A stretch of DNA of 64,000 bases. Origin: Patescibacteria group bacterium UBA3531 (GTDB lineage Bacteria > Patescibacteriota > Minisyncoccia > Phycocordibacterales > UBA3531). Location: assembly GCA_002376885.1 (NCBI GenBank), contig DFOW01000004.1, forward strand, positions 1,018 through 65,017, given 5' to 3'. Shown here piece by piece: positions 46,742-55,684 of the stretch (position 1 is the first letter of the stretch; each line of letters starts with the position of its first letter). Made by a program: the position numbers and the translations under genes. The notes beneath the pieces were generated by a model. The model was not told the DNA's origin and did not search any database. It saw only the letters and a list, made by a program, of their open reading frames with translations.

Positions 46742-47506
46742 CTATAAATAGTCTAGCAAGAATTCATCAAAGAAATCGAAATTCTCGTAACCAAACTGGA
46801 TTAAAACTCCAAAATTCCCTTGAAATAAAAGGATTCCAAGGAAGATAAGGAAAATCCCTCCAATCACCTCAATCCACCTTAAATACTTGGCCATTGCCTG
46901 GATATAAGTAGTTGCTCGAGCATAAAAAAGAGCAATCCAAAGAAACGGAATGGCAAGCCCAAGAGAAAATACTCCCAGTAAAAATGCGCCCTGAAGAACA
47001 GTGTTTGATTGTGTTGCAAGGGCCAAGATTCCTGCCAAAATAGGACCAACGCACGGTGTCCATCCAACTGCAAACGAGCTCCCGATAACAAACGAACTTG
47101 ATGGCTTTCCTACTGTTAAAAAGCTTGGCATCTTCATTCGTCGTTCGGTTTGCAAAAACGGCAACTTAAATACCCCGAGCATAAACAAACCAAAAGCAAT
47201 TACGAGGATTCCTCCAATACGTCTCATCCATAATTGAAAGTCTGCAAACTGTGCGCCTAAAAATCCTGCAAACGTACCAAATAAAATAAACACAAGAGAA
47301 AACCCAACGATAAAGAAGAGTCCGTTTAAAAAGATTTTTCGGCGAGCGGCTTTTGCCGTTTCCGGATTCTCTAAATCCTTTGTAGAGACACCACTAATAA
47401 ACCCTAAGTAGCCCGGAACAATCGGCAACGTGCACGGTGCCAAAAACATTAAGAGCCCTGCAAAAAATGCTGATCCAATGGCGATTCCTCCTATTTCTAA
47501 AATCAT
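46742..47506 (-). CDS. ccdA: Cytochrome c-type biogenesis / thiol-disulfide transporter CcdA (DsbD family)
   Basis: APCTLPIVPGYLGF and PCVGPILA conserved Cys motifs. Six TM helices. Confidence 0.85.
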   Translation of the reverse strand: MILEIGGIAIGSAFFAGLLMFLAPCTLPIVPGYLGFISGVSTKDLENPETAKAARRKIFLNGLFFIVGFSLVFILFGTFAGFLGAQFADFQLWMRRIGGILVIAFGLFMLGVFKLPFLQTERRMKMPSFLTVGKPSSSFVIGSSFAVGWTPCVGPILAGILALATQSNTVLQGAFLLGVFSLGLAIPFLWIALFYARATTYIQAMAKYLRWIEVIGGIFLIFLGILLFQGNFGVLIQFGYENFDFFDEFLLDYL

Positions 47507-47507
47507 A

Positions 47508-48053
47508 TTAGTATTGCGCTAACACTTCTTGGGTCTTTTCTCGCATTTCGCTAAGTGGCATAAACCCTCGCTTATGAATAACAATTTCCCCTTCTTTATT
47601 CACATATATTGTCTCTGGCATAGAGAATCCTCCGATGCTTCGGTAAAATGAATCTTCTGGGTCAAGCAAAAAGAGCATTCCATCTGCGATCCCCCTATCT
47701 TCAACATAGCTTTTTGACTCTTCAAGCGACTCTTTTCTATTGACTGCAATCACTTGTATATCATCACCAAACTCTTCTTGAAGCTCCGCAAAATCAGGAA
47801 GCTCGGTTACGCAAAACGGACACCATGTTGCCCAAGAATTTATAATCAAAACCTCTCCTTGAAAATCACTAAACGAATGTGTATTTCCGTTATGGTCTTC
47901 TAATGTCAAATCCGGCAAAGGAAAAAGTCCTCCATTATTAAGAGCAACTTCCTCGCTTCCACTTAAACTAAAGTAACCAAGTGCAGCGAGTATCCCAATT
48001 ACTAAAACAATTATTGATCCTGGTACTAAGTATGTTTGTGTGCCTTGTGCCAT
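47508..48053 (-). CDS. TlpA/ResA-like thiol-disulfide oxidoreductase (thioredoxin fold)
   Basis: WATWCPFC active site with an N-terminal membrane anchor. Confidence 0.85.
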   Translation of the reverse strand: MAQGTQTYLVPGSIIVLVIGILAALGYFSLSGSEEVALNNGGLFPLPDLTLEDHNGNTHSFSDFQGEVLIINSWATWCPFCVTELPDFAELQEEFGDDIQVIAVNRKESLEESKSYVEDRGIADGMLFLLDPEDSFYRSIGGFSMPETIYVNKEGEIVIHKRGFMPLSEMREKTQEVLAQY

Positions 48054-48064
48054 ATTTCTATCTG

Positions 48065-49159
48065 TTACTTATATACTTCAGTATTTGGGTGGACCGATAC
48101 CCATGAGAACCAAAAGCCATCGAGGTGCGGAATAAGAGTTCCGTCTTGATCAATAATAGTGACAACACCTGACTGGTTTTTGGTAATAGTAAGAGTGTTA
48201 CCTGCAAAGGTGTCTGTGATTGTTCCAACAGGAAGCGCTCTTTCTAAATAAGCTTTAGTTTGCTCATCAATTTCAATACCCAATACAAAGTCCTTTTCAA
48301 ACAACCTATCGTCTTGGTTGGTAACTGGGAAGAAGAGTCCTTCGGTTGTGTAGTAGTCGCCGTAGGGGTCACGTCCGTAGGAACGTGTATACCCCGTGTC
48401 TTGCGAGAGAACTTTTGTATTAGGATGTGCCTTTTTCCAATCTTCCCAACGAACCGTATCTGCCGGCAACAAATTGAGGCGTGCGCCAGTTTCTACACCA
48501 AGCACTGCTTCTCCTAACACTTGGGACCAAAGACTTTCGTCATCCTCATTTGCAGCACGGTTATACATTAAAAGATTTGATTGCCATAGCCTTCCCGACA
48601 CACCAAATTCTTGCGGTTCTCCATTTACTCGGCGATCAAACACTACGCCTGTACCACACAATGGACAGTACGTTACAAGTACTGGCTCACCCCCGATAGT
48701 ATCGTTTACAATTTCATGCCACACCAAAATTTGATACGGGTAAAATCGTGCTTCTCCGTCTATAACAAGCCCAAGTCCTACATCAGTCTGATCATTCAAA
48801 AAATCATCACCGTCTTTTCTTGAAACAAACTTTGGGTCATCAATTGCGGGGATTCCGTCTTTTGGTGGTCCGCCGCTTTCAATCTCACCAAGCGGGATTG
48901 AGTGCTTAACACCGTCAGTTACAAACACTTCGCGATTTGATTCTGATCGTTTTTGTGTATCTTTTACTTCATTCTTGGTTGTTCCATTAGCTTCAGAACC
49001 CTCTCCCACTTCTCCTTCTATCTGCTCCATCATTTCAGTTTCCTCTCCTAGAGGGACTGTTTCGCCACTCGGAATAGGAAAGCTATTTTGGTGCCTCAAA
49101 ATTAGAAACGCCCCAAGAGCGATAAGAATAATCCAAACAATGGCATTTTTTATATCCAT
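48065..49159 (-). CDS. DUF3179 domain protein
   Basis: GIPAIDDPKF...YCPLCGTG region typical of DUF3179. N-terminal TM helix. Confidence 0.65.
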   Translation of the reverse strand: MDIKNAIVWIILIALGAFLILRHQNSFPIPSGETVPLGEETEMMEQIEGEVGEGSEANGTTKNEVKDTQKRSESNREVFVTDGVKHSIPLGEIESGGPPKDGIPAIDDPKFVSRKDGDDFLNDQTDVGLGLVIDGEARFYPYQILVWHEIVNDTIGGEPVLVTYCPLCGTGVVFDRRVNGEPQEFGVSGRLWQSNLLMYNRAANEDDESLWSQVLGEAVLGVETGARLNLLPADTVRWEDWKKAHPNTKVLSQDTGYTRSYGRDPYGDYYTTEGLFFPVTNQDDRLFEKDFVLGIEIDEQTKAYLERALPVGTITDTFAGNTLTITKNQSGVVTIIDQDGTLIPHLDGFWFSWVSVHPNTEVYK

Positions 49160-49192
49160 CCCATTAGAAATTTACACTAATAAAATTAAAAA

Positions 49193-49321
49193 ATAATATC
49201 CCTGAAAGAGCTCTCGAGTCCGAGCGGGCATGGTTTTTGCGGAAGCAAAAGAGCGAGGACGAGAGCGAGAGCCAAAACCATCGCTGGTTGTTTTGAGCTC
49301 GTGTCTTTCGGGGATATTATT
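49193..49321 (+). repeat. MITE-like GC-rich repeat, copy D (divergent)
   Basis: AAGAGCTCTCGAGTCCGAGCGGGC...GAGCGAGGACGAGAGCGAGAGCC core. TIRs AATAATATCCCTGAAAG / CTTTCGGGGATATTATT. Confidence 0.6.
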
Positions 49322-49370
49322 TTTATTATATGTGTGCGTTAACATGGTGAATTTCTAACGGGACAAGTAC

Positions 49371-49655
49371 CTACACATTTAAGAGTTTTAATATTTGCAA
49401 AAGTTTATGCGCCTCTTTGCTGTTGGTAATTTGGTAACACATCATTTGCCCACGACGAAAGCACTCAACCACACCTCGCCCTTCAAGCTTCGCTAATTGA
49501 TGAGAGGTGGCAGAGTGTGTTGCCCCAATAGCGTGCGCAATTTCGTTCACACACACTTCTCTATCTTCTTTTATTAAGTACGAAAGAATCTTAACCCGAG
49601 TTGGATCAGAAATAAGTTTTATAGTGTCTGTTGCCTCAAGAATCGCTCGTGTCAT
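49371..49655 (-). CDS. ArsR/SmtB-family transcriptional regulator
   Basis: Winged HTH with ELCVCDL-like VCVNEIA and HQL.L motifs. Confidence 0.85.
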   Translation of the reverse strand: MTRAILEATDTIKLISDPTRVKILSYLIKEDREVCVNEIAHAIGATHSATSHQLAKLEGRGVVECFRRGQMMCYQITNSKEAHKLLQILKLLNV

Positions 49656-49661
49656 AAATAT

Positions 49662-49690
49662 ATGAATATATGTTCATATATTAACAATAA
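49662..49690. promoter_or_regulatory. Candidate ArsR operator: AT-rich inverted repeat ATATGAA-N6-TTCATAT immediately upstream of the arsR start
   Basis: aaatatatgaatatatgttcatatatt. ArsR/SmtB repressors typically autoregulate via a 12-2-12-type palindrome. Confidence 0.4.
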
Positions 49691-49766
49691 AGCAATGGGT
49701 GTCAACCCTGTTAAATAAGCACAACAGTGCTTGCCCTCGGTATTTAACAGGTTCAAATGTGGAAAA

Positions 49767-50213
49767 CTATTTATAAAAAATAGTTATTTCGTGGGCGTCA
49801 TCAAGCTCTCGTAAATCTGATGGGTTGTCTTTTTGTAAAATGAGTGTCCCCCGCTCTCCGTATTCTGGCCTTTCAAATTCTATTGTCGCTTCAAATGGCA
49901 CAAAATCAGTTGTCATCCAACTCCCTTGTGCGGTTGCAAAGTGTTCAGCAATAATCCTTCCATCCCAATCAGTAAGTATTATCGGGAAGCTCGCCTCAAA
50001 AAACCAAGGACCAACTGCCTCCCCTTTTATAACAAGCGGGCTTGTGATTTCGTCTCCTGATTTGGGAGTAGTAACACGAATTAATTCGTGTTCAGTTACT
50101 TCAAACGTTCTTTCTGAATGTTTATTTGCCTCTTCATAGTATGCCACTCCCACAATAAGAAGGAGCACTATAAAAAGTACTATCCAATAGTTATCCATTA
50201 AATTAAACATCAA
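49767..50213 (-). CDS. Gmad2-like immunoglobulin-fold domain protein, membrane-anchored
   Basis: N-terminal TM helix. GEAVGPWFFEASFPIILTDWDGRII resembles Gmad2 domains. Confidence 0.45.
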   Translation of the reverse strand: MMFNLMDNYWIVLFIVLLLIVGVAYYEEANKHSERTFEVTEHELIRVTTPKSGDEITSPLVIKGEAVGPWFFEASFPIILTDWDGRIIAEHFATAQGSWMTTDFVPFEATIEFERPEYGERGTLILQKDNPSDLRELDDAHEITIFYK

Positions 50214-50221
50214 GTGTATAG

Positions 50222-50671
50222 CTAACCCTCATCTTCTGAGCAAATTATATCTTTGGTTTTCTCTCCATTATTATCTTCTCCCCAAACAGTATACCTCCAC
50301 CACGTCGGTATAAATCGAATAAAATACATGCCTGGTTCGTCTTTGTATGTCTCTGCCTCTTTGATTTTACCAAAGTGGATATTTTGCACCTCAAGAAGAT
50401 CTTCTTTGCCCACCACTTGAGCAGTTCCATCCAGTTGAAGAGTTTTCATCTCATGTTCAGAGAAACCAATTACCACTGTTGCTGGAATTTCTCCTCCTTC
50501 CAACAATGCCTCGCTTTTTCTGTAAGCCTTTTCTGTAAAAAAATAAATTTCGGATACATCGTCTTTTGACGACATGTGTAGTGTCGCCCCGTGGGGGTTG
50601 CCGTCTTTCCTTAACACAGAAAAAACTGCCACCCTACTGTTTTTTACAAAGTTCTCTATCTCCTTTTTCAT
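50222..50671 (-). CDS. Pyridoxamine 5'-phosphate oxidase-like (FMN-binding split barrel) protein
   Basis: VAVFSVLRKDGNPHGATLHM pattern typical of the PNPOx-like family. Confidence 0.55.
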   Translation of the reverse strand: MKKEIENFVKNSRVAVFSVLRKDGNPHGATLHMSSKDDVSEIYFFTEKAYRKSEALLEGGEIPATVVIGFSEHEMKTLQLDGTAQVVGKEDLLEVQNIHFGKIKEAETYKDEPGMYFIRFIPTWWRYTVWGEDNNGEKTKDIICSEDEG

Positions 50672-50674
50672 GAC

Positions 50675-52732
50675 TTAAATATCTAAGTTAGCGAGCTTTG
50701 CATTGTTTTGGATAAAGCTCTTGCGAGGACCAACTTCGTTACCCATCAAAATATCAAAGATTTTATCTGCCTCCACAGCGTCATCAATGGTCACTTGTTT
50801 AAGCACTCTGTTTTCTGGATTCATACTGGTCTCCCACAGCTCTTGCGCATTCATTTCTCCAAGTCCCTTGTATCGCTGTACTGAAATCTTAGGAGTACGC
50901 TTTTTAGTTTTTGCTTCTTTCTCTTTTTCTTCGGTTTCTTCTCCTTCACTTCCCTCTTCATCAGAATCAGTTGGGTCCTCATCTACCGGCATTTCATCTC
51001 CTGCAACTTCAATTTTTTGGTCTTCAGTATAAGCATAGGTAACCTCTTTCCCCTTCTTGATTTTATAGAGTGGTGGTTGCGCCACATATACATTCCCTGC
51101 CTCAATAAGTGGTTTAAAGTATCGGTAAAACAATGTCAAAAGAAGGGTTCGAATATGAGAACCATCAACGTCGGCGTCGGTTGCGATAATAATTTTGTGA
51201 TATCGAAGCTTTGAAATATCAAACGTGTCTCCAATAGCAGAACCAAGAGCAATTACCATTGATTTAATCTCTTTGTTTGCAAGCATTTTATCGATTCGTG
51301 CTCGTTCAACGTTCAAAGGTTTACCACGAAGTGGTAAGATCGCTTGGGTTCGCCTGTCGCGCCCTTGTTTTGCGGTACCACCAGCAGAGTCTCCCTCTAC
51401 AATAAAGAGCTCTGCCTCTTCTGCTTTTCGTGTTTGGCAATCCGCCAACTTCCCTGGCAAGGTCATCCCTTCAAGAGCACCCTTTCTAAGAACACTATCC
51501 TTGGCCGCTTTAGCAGCTTTGCGTGCAGAGAGTGCCAAGTTTGCCTTTGAAATGATTGCTTTTGCGTCATCAGGATGTTCTTCCAAAAAGCTTGAGAAGG
51601 TTTCTCCCATAAGGGCTTCTACAGCACTCCTGGCCTCTACGTTTCCAAGTTTTGCTTTTGTTTGTCCTTCAAATTGTGCATCTGTAAGTTTTACCGAAAC
51701 AACAGCTGTGATTCCTTCGCGCACATCATCTCCTGAAAACGTTTCTCCATTTTTAAGAAGATTGTTCTTTTTTCCGTAATCATTGATGGCGCGAGTCAGT
51801 GCTGTTCTGAACCCAGTAATATGAGTTCCTCCTTCTGGAGTTGAAGTATTGTTTGCAAAACCAATCTCTTTTACCGAAAGATCGTCAACGTACTGAAGTG
51901 CAATCTCGATAATCATTCCATTCACTTCTTTTTCTACATAAAAAATGTTTTTATGAATCGGCTTTTCGTGAACATTGTAAAACTGAACAAGCGACAAAAG
52001 TCCGCCCTCAAAGTAAAAGGTTTGCGATGGAACCGGAAGTTTGAGGTCATTTATAAAAAAGGCTTCGTTAAAGTCTGCTTTGCCGGCATAGTTTCGTGCA
52101 TCAATAACACGAATACGGAGACCCTTGGTAAGGTAGGCCTGCTCTCGCATTCGGTTAACGATTTTATCGAAGCTGTAAACGGTTTCAGAAAAAATTTCTG
52201 CATCCGCCTTAAAGGTAACAATGGTCCCTGTCTTTTTTGAAGTTCCGAGTTTTTTAACAGCGGCTTTCTTTTTACCTCGTTTGTATTCTTGAACGTACCG
52301 TCCGCCATCTCGGTGCACCTCGGCACGCGTCCATTCAGAAAGCGCATTTACTACCGACGCACCCACACCATGGAGTCCTCCTGAGATCTTATACCCAGAG
52401 TCATCAAACTTTCCTCCCGCATGGAGTGTTGTCATCACCGTCTCAAGTGCAGAAACGCCTGTTCGTTTATGCTTTGCCACGGGAATACCAGCACCATTAT
52501 CTACCACCCGAACAACTTCTCCTGGCAAAAGGGCAACCTCAATTTGGTCAGCTGTTCCTGCCATTGCCTCGTCTCTTGAGTTATCAAAAATCTCAATTAA
52601 AAGGTGGTGGAGACCTTCGGGACCCGTAGAACCAATATACATTCCCGGTCGTTTTCTAACCGGCTCAAGACCCTCAAGAACTACAATATTCTCGGCGTCG
52701 TAATTTCGTGATTTAGCGCTTTGTTTAGCCAT
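50675..52732 (-). CDS. gyrB: DNA gyrase subunit B
   Basis: GHKL ATPase, TOPRIM (EGDSAGG) and C-terminal tail. 685 aa. Confidence 0.9.
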   Translation of the reverse strand: MAKQSAKSRNYDAENIVVLEGLEPVRKRPGMYIGSTGPEGLHHLLIEIFDNSRDEAMAGTADQIEVALLPGEVVRVVDNGAGIPVAKHKRTGVSALETVMTTLHAGGKFDDSGYKISGGLHGVGASVVNALSEWTRAEVHRDGGRYVQEYKRGKKKAAVKKLGTSKKTGTIVTFKADAEIFSETVYSFDKIVNRMREQAYLTKGLRIRVIDARNYAGKADFNEAFFINDLKLPVPSQTFYFEGGLLSLVQFYNVHEKPIHKNIFYVEKEVNGMIIEIALQYVDDLSVKEIGFANNTSTPEGGTHITGFRTALTRAINDYGKKNNLLKNGETFSGDDVREGITAVVSVKLTDAQFEGQTKAKLGNVEARSAVEALMGETFSSFLEEHPDDAKAIISKANLALSARKAAKAAKDSVLRKGALEGMTLPGKLADCQTRKAEEAELFIVEGDSAGGTAKQGRDRRTQAILPLRGKPLNVERARIDKMLANKEIKSMVIALGSAIGDTFDISKLRYHKIIIATDADVDGSHIRTLLLTLFYRYFKPLIEAGNVYVAQPPLYKIKKGKEVTYAYTEDQKIEVAGDEMPVDEDPTDSDEEGSEGEETEEKEKEAKTKKRTPKISVQRYKGLGEMNAQELWETSMNPENRVLKQVTIDDAVEADKIFDILMGNEVGPRKSFIQNNAKLANLDI

Positions 52733-52765
52733 ATTTACCTGAATATCTTAGCATATTTTCTAGCA

Positions 52766-52794
52766 AAAATCCACCTTATTTCAGGTGGATTTTT
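52766..52794 (-). terminator. Rho-independent terminator downstream of pheS
   Basis: aaaaatccacct-tatttc-aggtggattttt. Confidence 0.6.
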
Positions 52795-52823
52795 GGGGGT
52801 AAAATAAGGAGATTTTAGGGGAT

Positions 52824-53978
52824 CTATTCTCTTAGTTCCCCACCGAAGTCACTCTTCGTCATTTCTTCAATTTCTTCGTGAACTTTATTCACTTCTTCGT
52901 TAGTAAGAGTTCTATCCAAATGTCTGTAGATAATTCGAAAAGTGTAACTTGTTTTTCCTTTGCCAAACTTTTCTTCGTTTTCGTATTTATCGGTTTGGTC
53001 CATTTCCTCAATCATGTCTTCTGCAACATCGCGAACCGAATCAAAATAATCATTTAAAACAAAATCTTCTCCGACAATAAATGAAATGTCTCGCAACACT
53101 GGTGGAAATTTAGAAACTTCTTGATACGTTTGTCCAAGTTTGAGTTGGCGTTTTACTCGAGCGTCTGGCGACCATAAAAGTCTAATGTCAGGGAGCTTCA
53201 TAGAAGCGATGGCGAGTCGTTCAAGACCAAACCCAAACGCCCAGCCGTTGTAGCCTTCTAACTTCAGATTCTTTAATACGCTCTTGCGAGGGAGTCCTGA
53301 ACCAAGCATCTCTACCCACTCACCGTTAATAAATGCCTCCATCTCAAAACTTGGATCAGTGTAGGGGAAGGTGTCATCGTTAAACCTAATTTTTGTCTCT
53401 GCCCCAAAAATACTTTTTGCAATATCAGAAAGCACCTCTTTTAATTGGTCCCCCGTAACGGTTTCTTTTTCATCAGGAGCCAAGTAGAGTCCCCCCATTT
53501 GATGGAAGACATTCATGTGTTGTCGGTCAATCTCATCCTTCCGGTACACCTTTCCAAAACAAAGTGCTCCAAATGATTCTTTATTTTTTATCTTTTCTTG
53601 AATTTCTGGCTGATTGAAGTAGTAATACCAAAATACCGTATCGTGTGTCCGCAAAACATTTGCCTCATCCACATAGTACGTATCAGACTTGCTTCGAGAC
53701 GGATGCCCTGGAGGCATGTTAAAGAGATCAAATAAAATATCTACCGGGACAATCTCGGGGATCTTAATAACATCAAAACCCTTAAGACCCTCTACGGTTA
53801 AGGTTCGTTTTACAATTTCATTTAAAGGATTCCCTTCTGTCCGAGAAAGATCCGGCATAGAAAGGAACCGTTTAAGGCGTGCTGAATCGGGATCGTCCCT
53901 ACCTTCAAGCTCTTTTTTTAGCTCTGTTTCTTTGGGAGTCTCTACAAGAATTGTGTCTAAGCTGGTGTCTTCTTTCAT
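52824..53978 (-). CDS. pheS: Monomeric (mitochondrial-type) phenylalanine--tRNA ligase: PheS-like catalytic core fused to a C-terminal FDX-ACB anticodon-binding domain
   Basis: Class II motifs (FRNDDTFPYTDPSFE, GWAFGFGLERL) plus a C-terminal FPPVLRDISFIV...YTFRIIYRH domain resembling the ferredoxin-fold anticodon-binding domain of PheT/mtPheRS. No pheT is seen nearby. Confidence 0.75.
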   Translation of the reverse strand: MKEDTSLDTILVETPKETELKKELEGRDDPDSARLKRFLSMPDLSRTEGNPLNEIVKRTLTVEGLKGFDVIKIPEIVPVDILFDLFNMPPGHPSRSKSDTYYVDEANVLRTHDTVFWYYYFNQPEIQEKIKNKESFGALCFGKVYRKDEIDRQHMNVFHQMGGLYLAPDEKETVTGDQLKEVLSDIAKSIFGAETKIRFNDDTFPYTDPSFEMEAFINGEWVEMLGSGLPRKSVLKNLKLEGYNGWAFGFGLERLAIASMKLPDIRLLWSPDARVKRQLKLGQTYQEVSKFPPVLRDISFIVGEDFVLNDYFDSVRDVAEDMIEEMDQTDKYENEEKFGKGKTSYTFRIIYRHLDRTLTNEEVNKVHEEIEEMTKSDFGGELRE

Positions 53979-54032
53979 GGTTGCATCACCAAGTATAGCT
54001 AAAAATGCCTAGGTGACAAGACTAAAAAAGAC

Positions 54033-54446
54033 TTAGAAGTTTTGGATTGAAATATTCCAATCTTTTGATTTTTTGAAGAGGTCAGTACCTTTAATTATAT
54101 AGACCACATCAAATTGCTGTTTTCTTTTTGGGTAGTTTTGAAACTCAATAACAAAGTATTTCAATATCTCCTTTAAAGGAATCTCCAGAGTGATGAGTGA
54201 GCCGTGCTCCTTTTTGGCATATGATTTGGCAATCTCTTCTCTATCAGTAAAATACTGCCGCGTAAACGGTTGGATCTTAAACATTTTGGTCACAATACTG
54301 TTTAAATCTTCTGGGTAGGAAAGATCTCCTTGGGCCCTCCGTCTTAAAATCTCAAGCCATCCTTCATTAAACTTTTCCTCAACTTCTTTATCTTTATGGG
54401 TAAATTCACTTGATTTTATGCCCCTATAAAGTTTTAGTGTTTCCAT
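54033..54446 (-). CDS. Hypothetical protein
   Basis: 137-aa ORF with good coding statistics and no recognised domain. Confidence 0.4.
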   Translation of the reverse strand: METLKLYRGIKSSEFTHKDKEVEEKFNEGWLEILRRRAQGDLSYPEDLNSIVTKMFKIQPFTRQYFTDREEIAKSYAKKEHGSLITLEIPLKEILKYFVIEFQNYPKRKQQFDVVYIIKGTDLFKKSKDWNISIQNF

Positions 54447-54448
54447 GA

Positions 54449-54970
54449 CTACTCTGGCACATTAATAATCTCTATACCTCTAGGCAGGCTACTTTTAATT
54501 CTCTCATATACTTCAGAACTCAAGACAGACACACCACCTAAAAACCCCTCGTTCTGTTCTTCTATAAGGAGAATCGCATCGCTAATCTCTTGTGCAACTT
54601 CTTCCTCCTTCAAACCAACGGTTCCAGCCGCAAGTAATGGGAAAACAATACTTTTATATCCATCCGCAATAGCCATCTCCAGAGCTTTTACTGTCGTTTG
54701 TTGCACCTCAGGCAAAGAAAGTTTTGCCTTGGTCTGCCAGTTTATTGTTGGTATATGATAAATAGCTTTAGCTTTGAGATTGCCTGGACCAGAAGAAAAA
54801 ACTTCACCAATAGCTCCTGGAGAATTTTTTTGAACTTCCTGAAAAACCTTTTTACCTGCTTTCTTTTCAATCCATCGCGCTAAACCACCCCCAGGTGTAA
54901 AATCCGCATCAGATGCGTTTACGATCACATCGACAGGAGCATTAGTAATATCCCCGACATATATTTTCAT
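54449..54970 (-). CDS. Macro-domain protein (ADP-ribose binding / O-acetyl-ADP-ribose deacetylase-like)
   Basis: MKIYVGDITNAPVDVIVNASD...GGGLA...AIYHIP macro-domain motifs. The start was moved to the internal Met to avoid overlap with tRNA-Thr. Confidence 0.7.
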   Translation of the reverse strand: MKIYVGDITNAPVDVIVNASDADFTPGGGLARWIEKKAGKKVFQEVQKNSPGAIGEVFSSGPGNLKAKAIYHIPTINWQTKAKLSLPEVQQTTVKALEMAIADGYKSIVFPLLAAGTVGLKEEEVAQEISDAILLIEEQNEGFLGGVSVLSSEVYERIKSSLPRGIEIINVPE

Positions 54971-54971
54971 G

Positions 54972-55044
54972 AGCCACCCGTCGGACTCGAACCGACGACC
55001 CACGCTTTACAAAAGCGTTGCTCTACCAACTGAGCTAGGGTGGC
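54972..55044 (-). tRNA. tRNA-Thr(UGU), no encoded CCA
   Basis: GCCACCC acceptor, D-arm GCTCAGTTGGTAGAGC, anticodon loop TTTGTAA, T-loop TTCGAGT. Confidence 0.85.
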
Positions 55045-55642
55045 ATGTTTTTTTATATTCCTCAATCCATCCGTTAATAATCGTCAACAGCTCTTTGTCG
55101 GAATATCTGAGTGAAAGAGTACCATATTGTGCAGAGGTTTTATAGGTCCCCCTTCCTCCCTTATGGACATATGGCTTACTAAATTGAGACATCGGAATCC
55201 CTGTTATTTTTGACCAAAATTTTGTTACTTTCTCTTTATTGTGTTCTGGATACAAATGGATAAGTGCTCTTAGCCGACCTTCTGAAACGCCACAGACATT
55301 CCTAAGAAACTGCAAGAAGACCTGAATCATTTGTGGATCACTATTACTAAAAACTACTCCGTTTCCCTTTTTCGTACCCTCACCCCAATAAAGCATTACA
55401 CCAGCAATCCTAATTTCTTCTAGCTTTCTTCCTCTTTTTGTTTTTATTGTAAAAGAACCTTTTTTGTGTTTTGTTGTGTTTAGATATCGTATTGCCTCAC
55501 TTCTATCTCGCCGTTTAACACCAGCGCTATCAAGTAGACTCCTTACTTTCCAAACTTTTATATTTGTAAGATCTGAAATTTGTTTAACAGAGAGTTTTTT
55601 CTGTACGTACAAAAACTCAATCTTTTTTTCTAGATGCGCCAT
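55007..55642 (-). CDS. HTH-containing protein with a degenerate LAGLIDADG-like motif (possible homing-endonuclease-like DNA-binding protein); 3' end overlaps tRNA-Thr
   Basis: N-terminal HTH (LSVKQISDLTNIKVWKVRSLL). IAGVMLYWGEGTKKGNGVVFSNSD resembles a LAGLIDADG core. The last ~12 codons run into the tRNA gene. Confidence 0.3.
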   Translation of the reverse strand: MAHLEKKIEFLYVQKKLSVKQISDLTNIKVWKVRSLLDSAGVKRRDRSEAIRYLNTTKHKKGSFTIKTKRGRKLEEIRIAGVMLYWGEGTKKGNGVVFSNSDPQMIQVFLQFLRNVCGVSEGRLRALIHLYPEHNKEKVTKFWSKITGIPMSQFSKPYVHKGGRGTYKTSAQYGTLSLRYSDKELLTIINGWIEEYKKTCHPSSVGRATLL

Positions 55643-55684
55643 GGTGAAACAATAGCACACCTATTGTTAGTAAACAATTCTACC

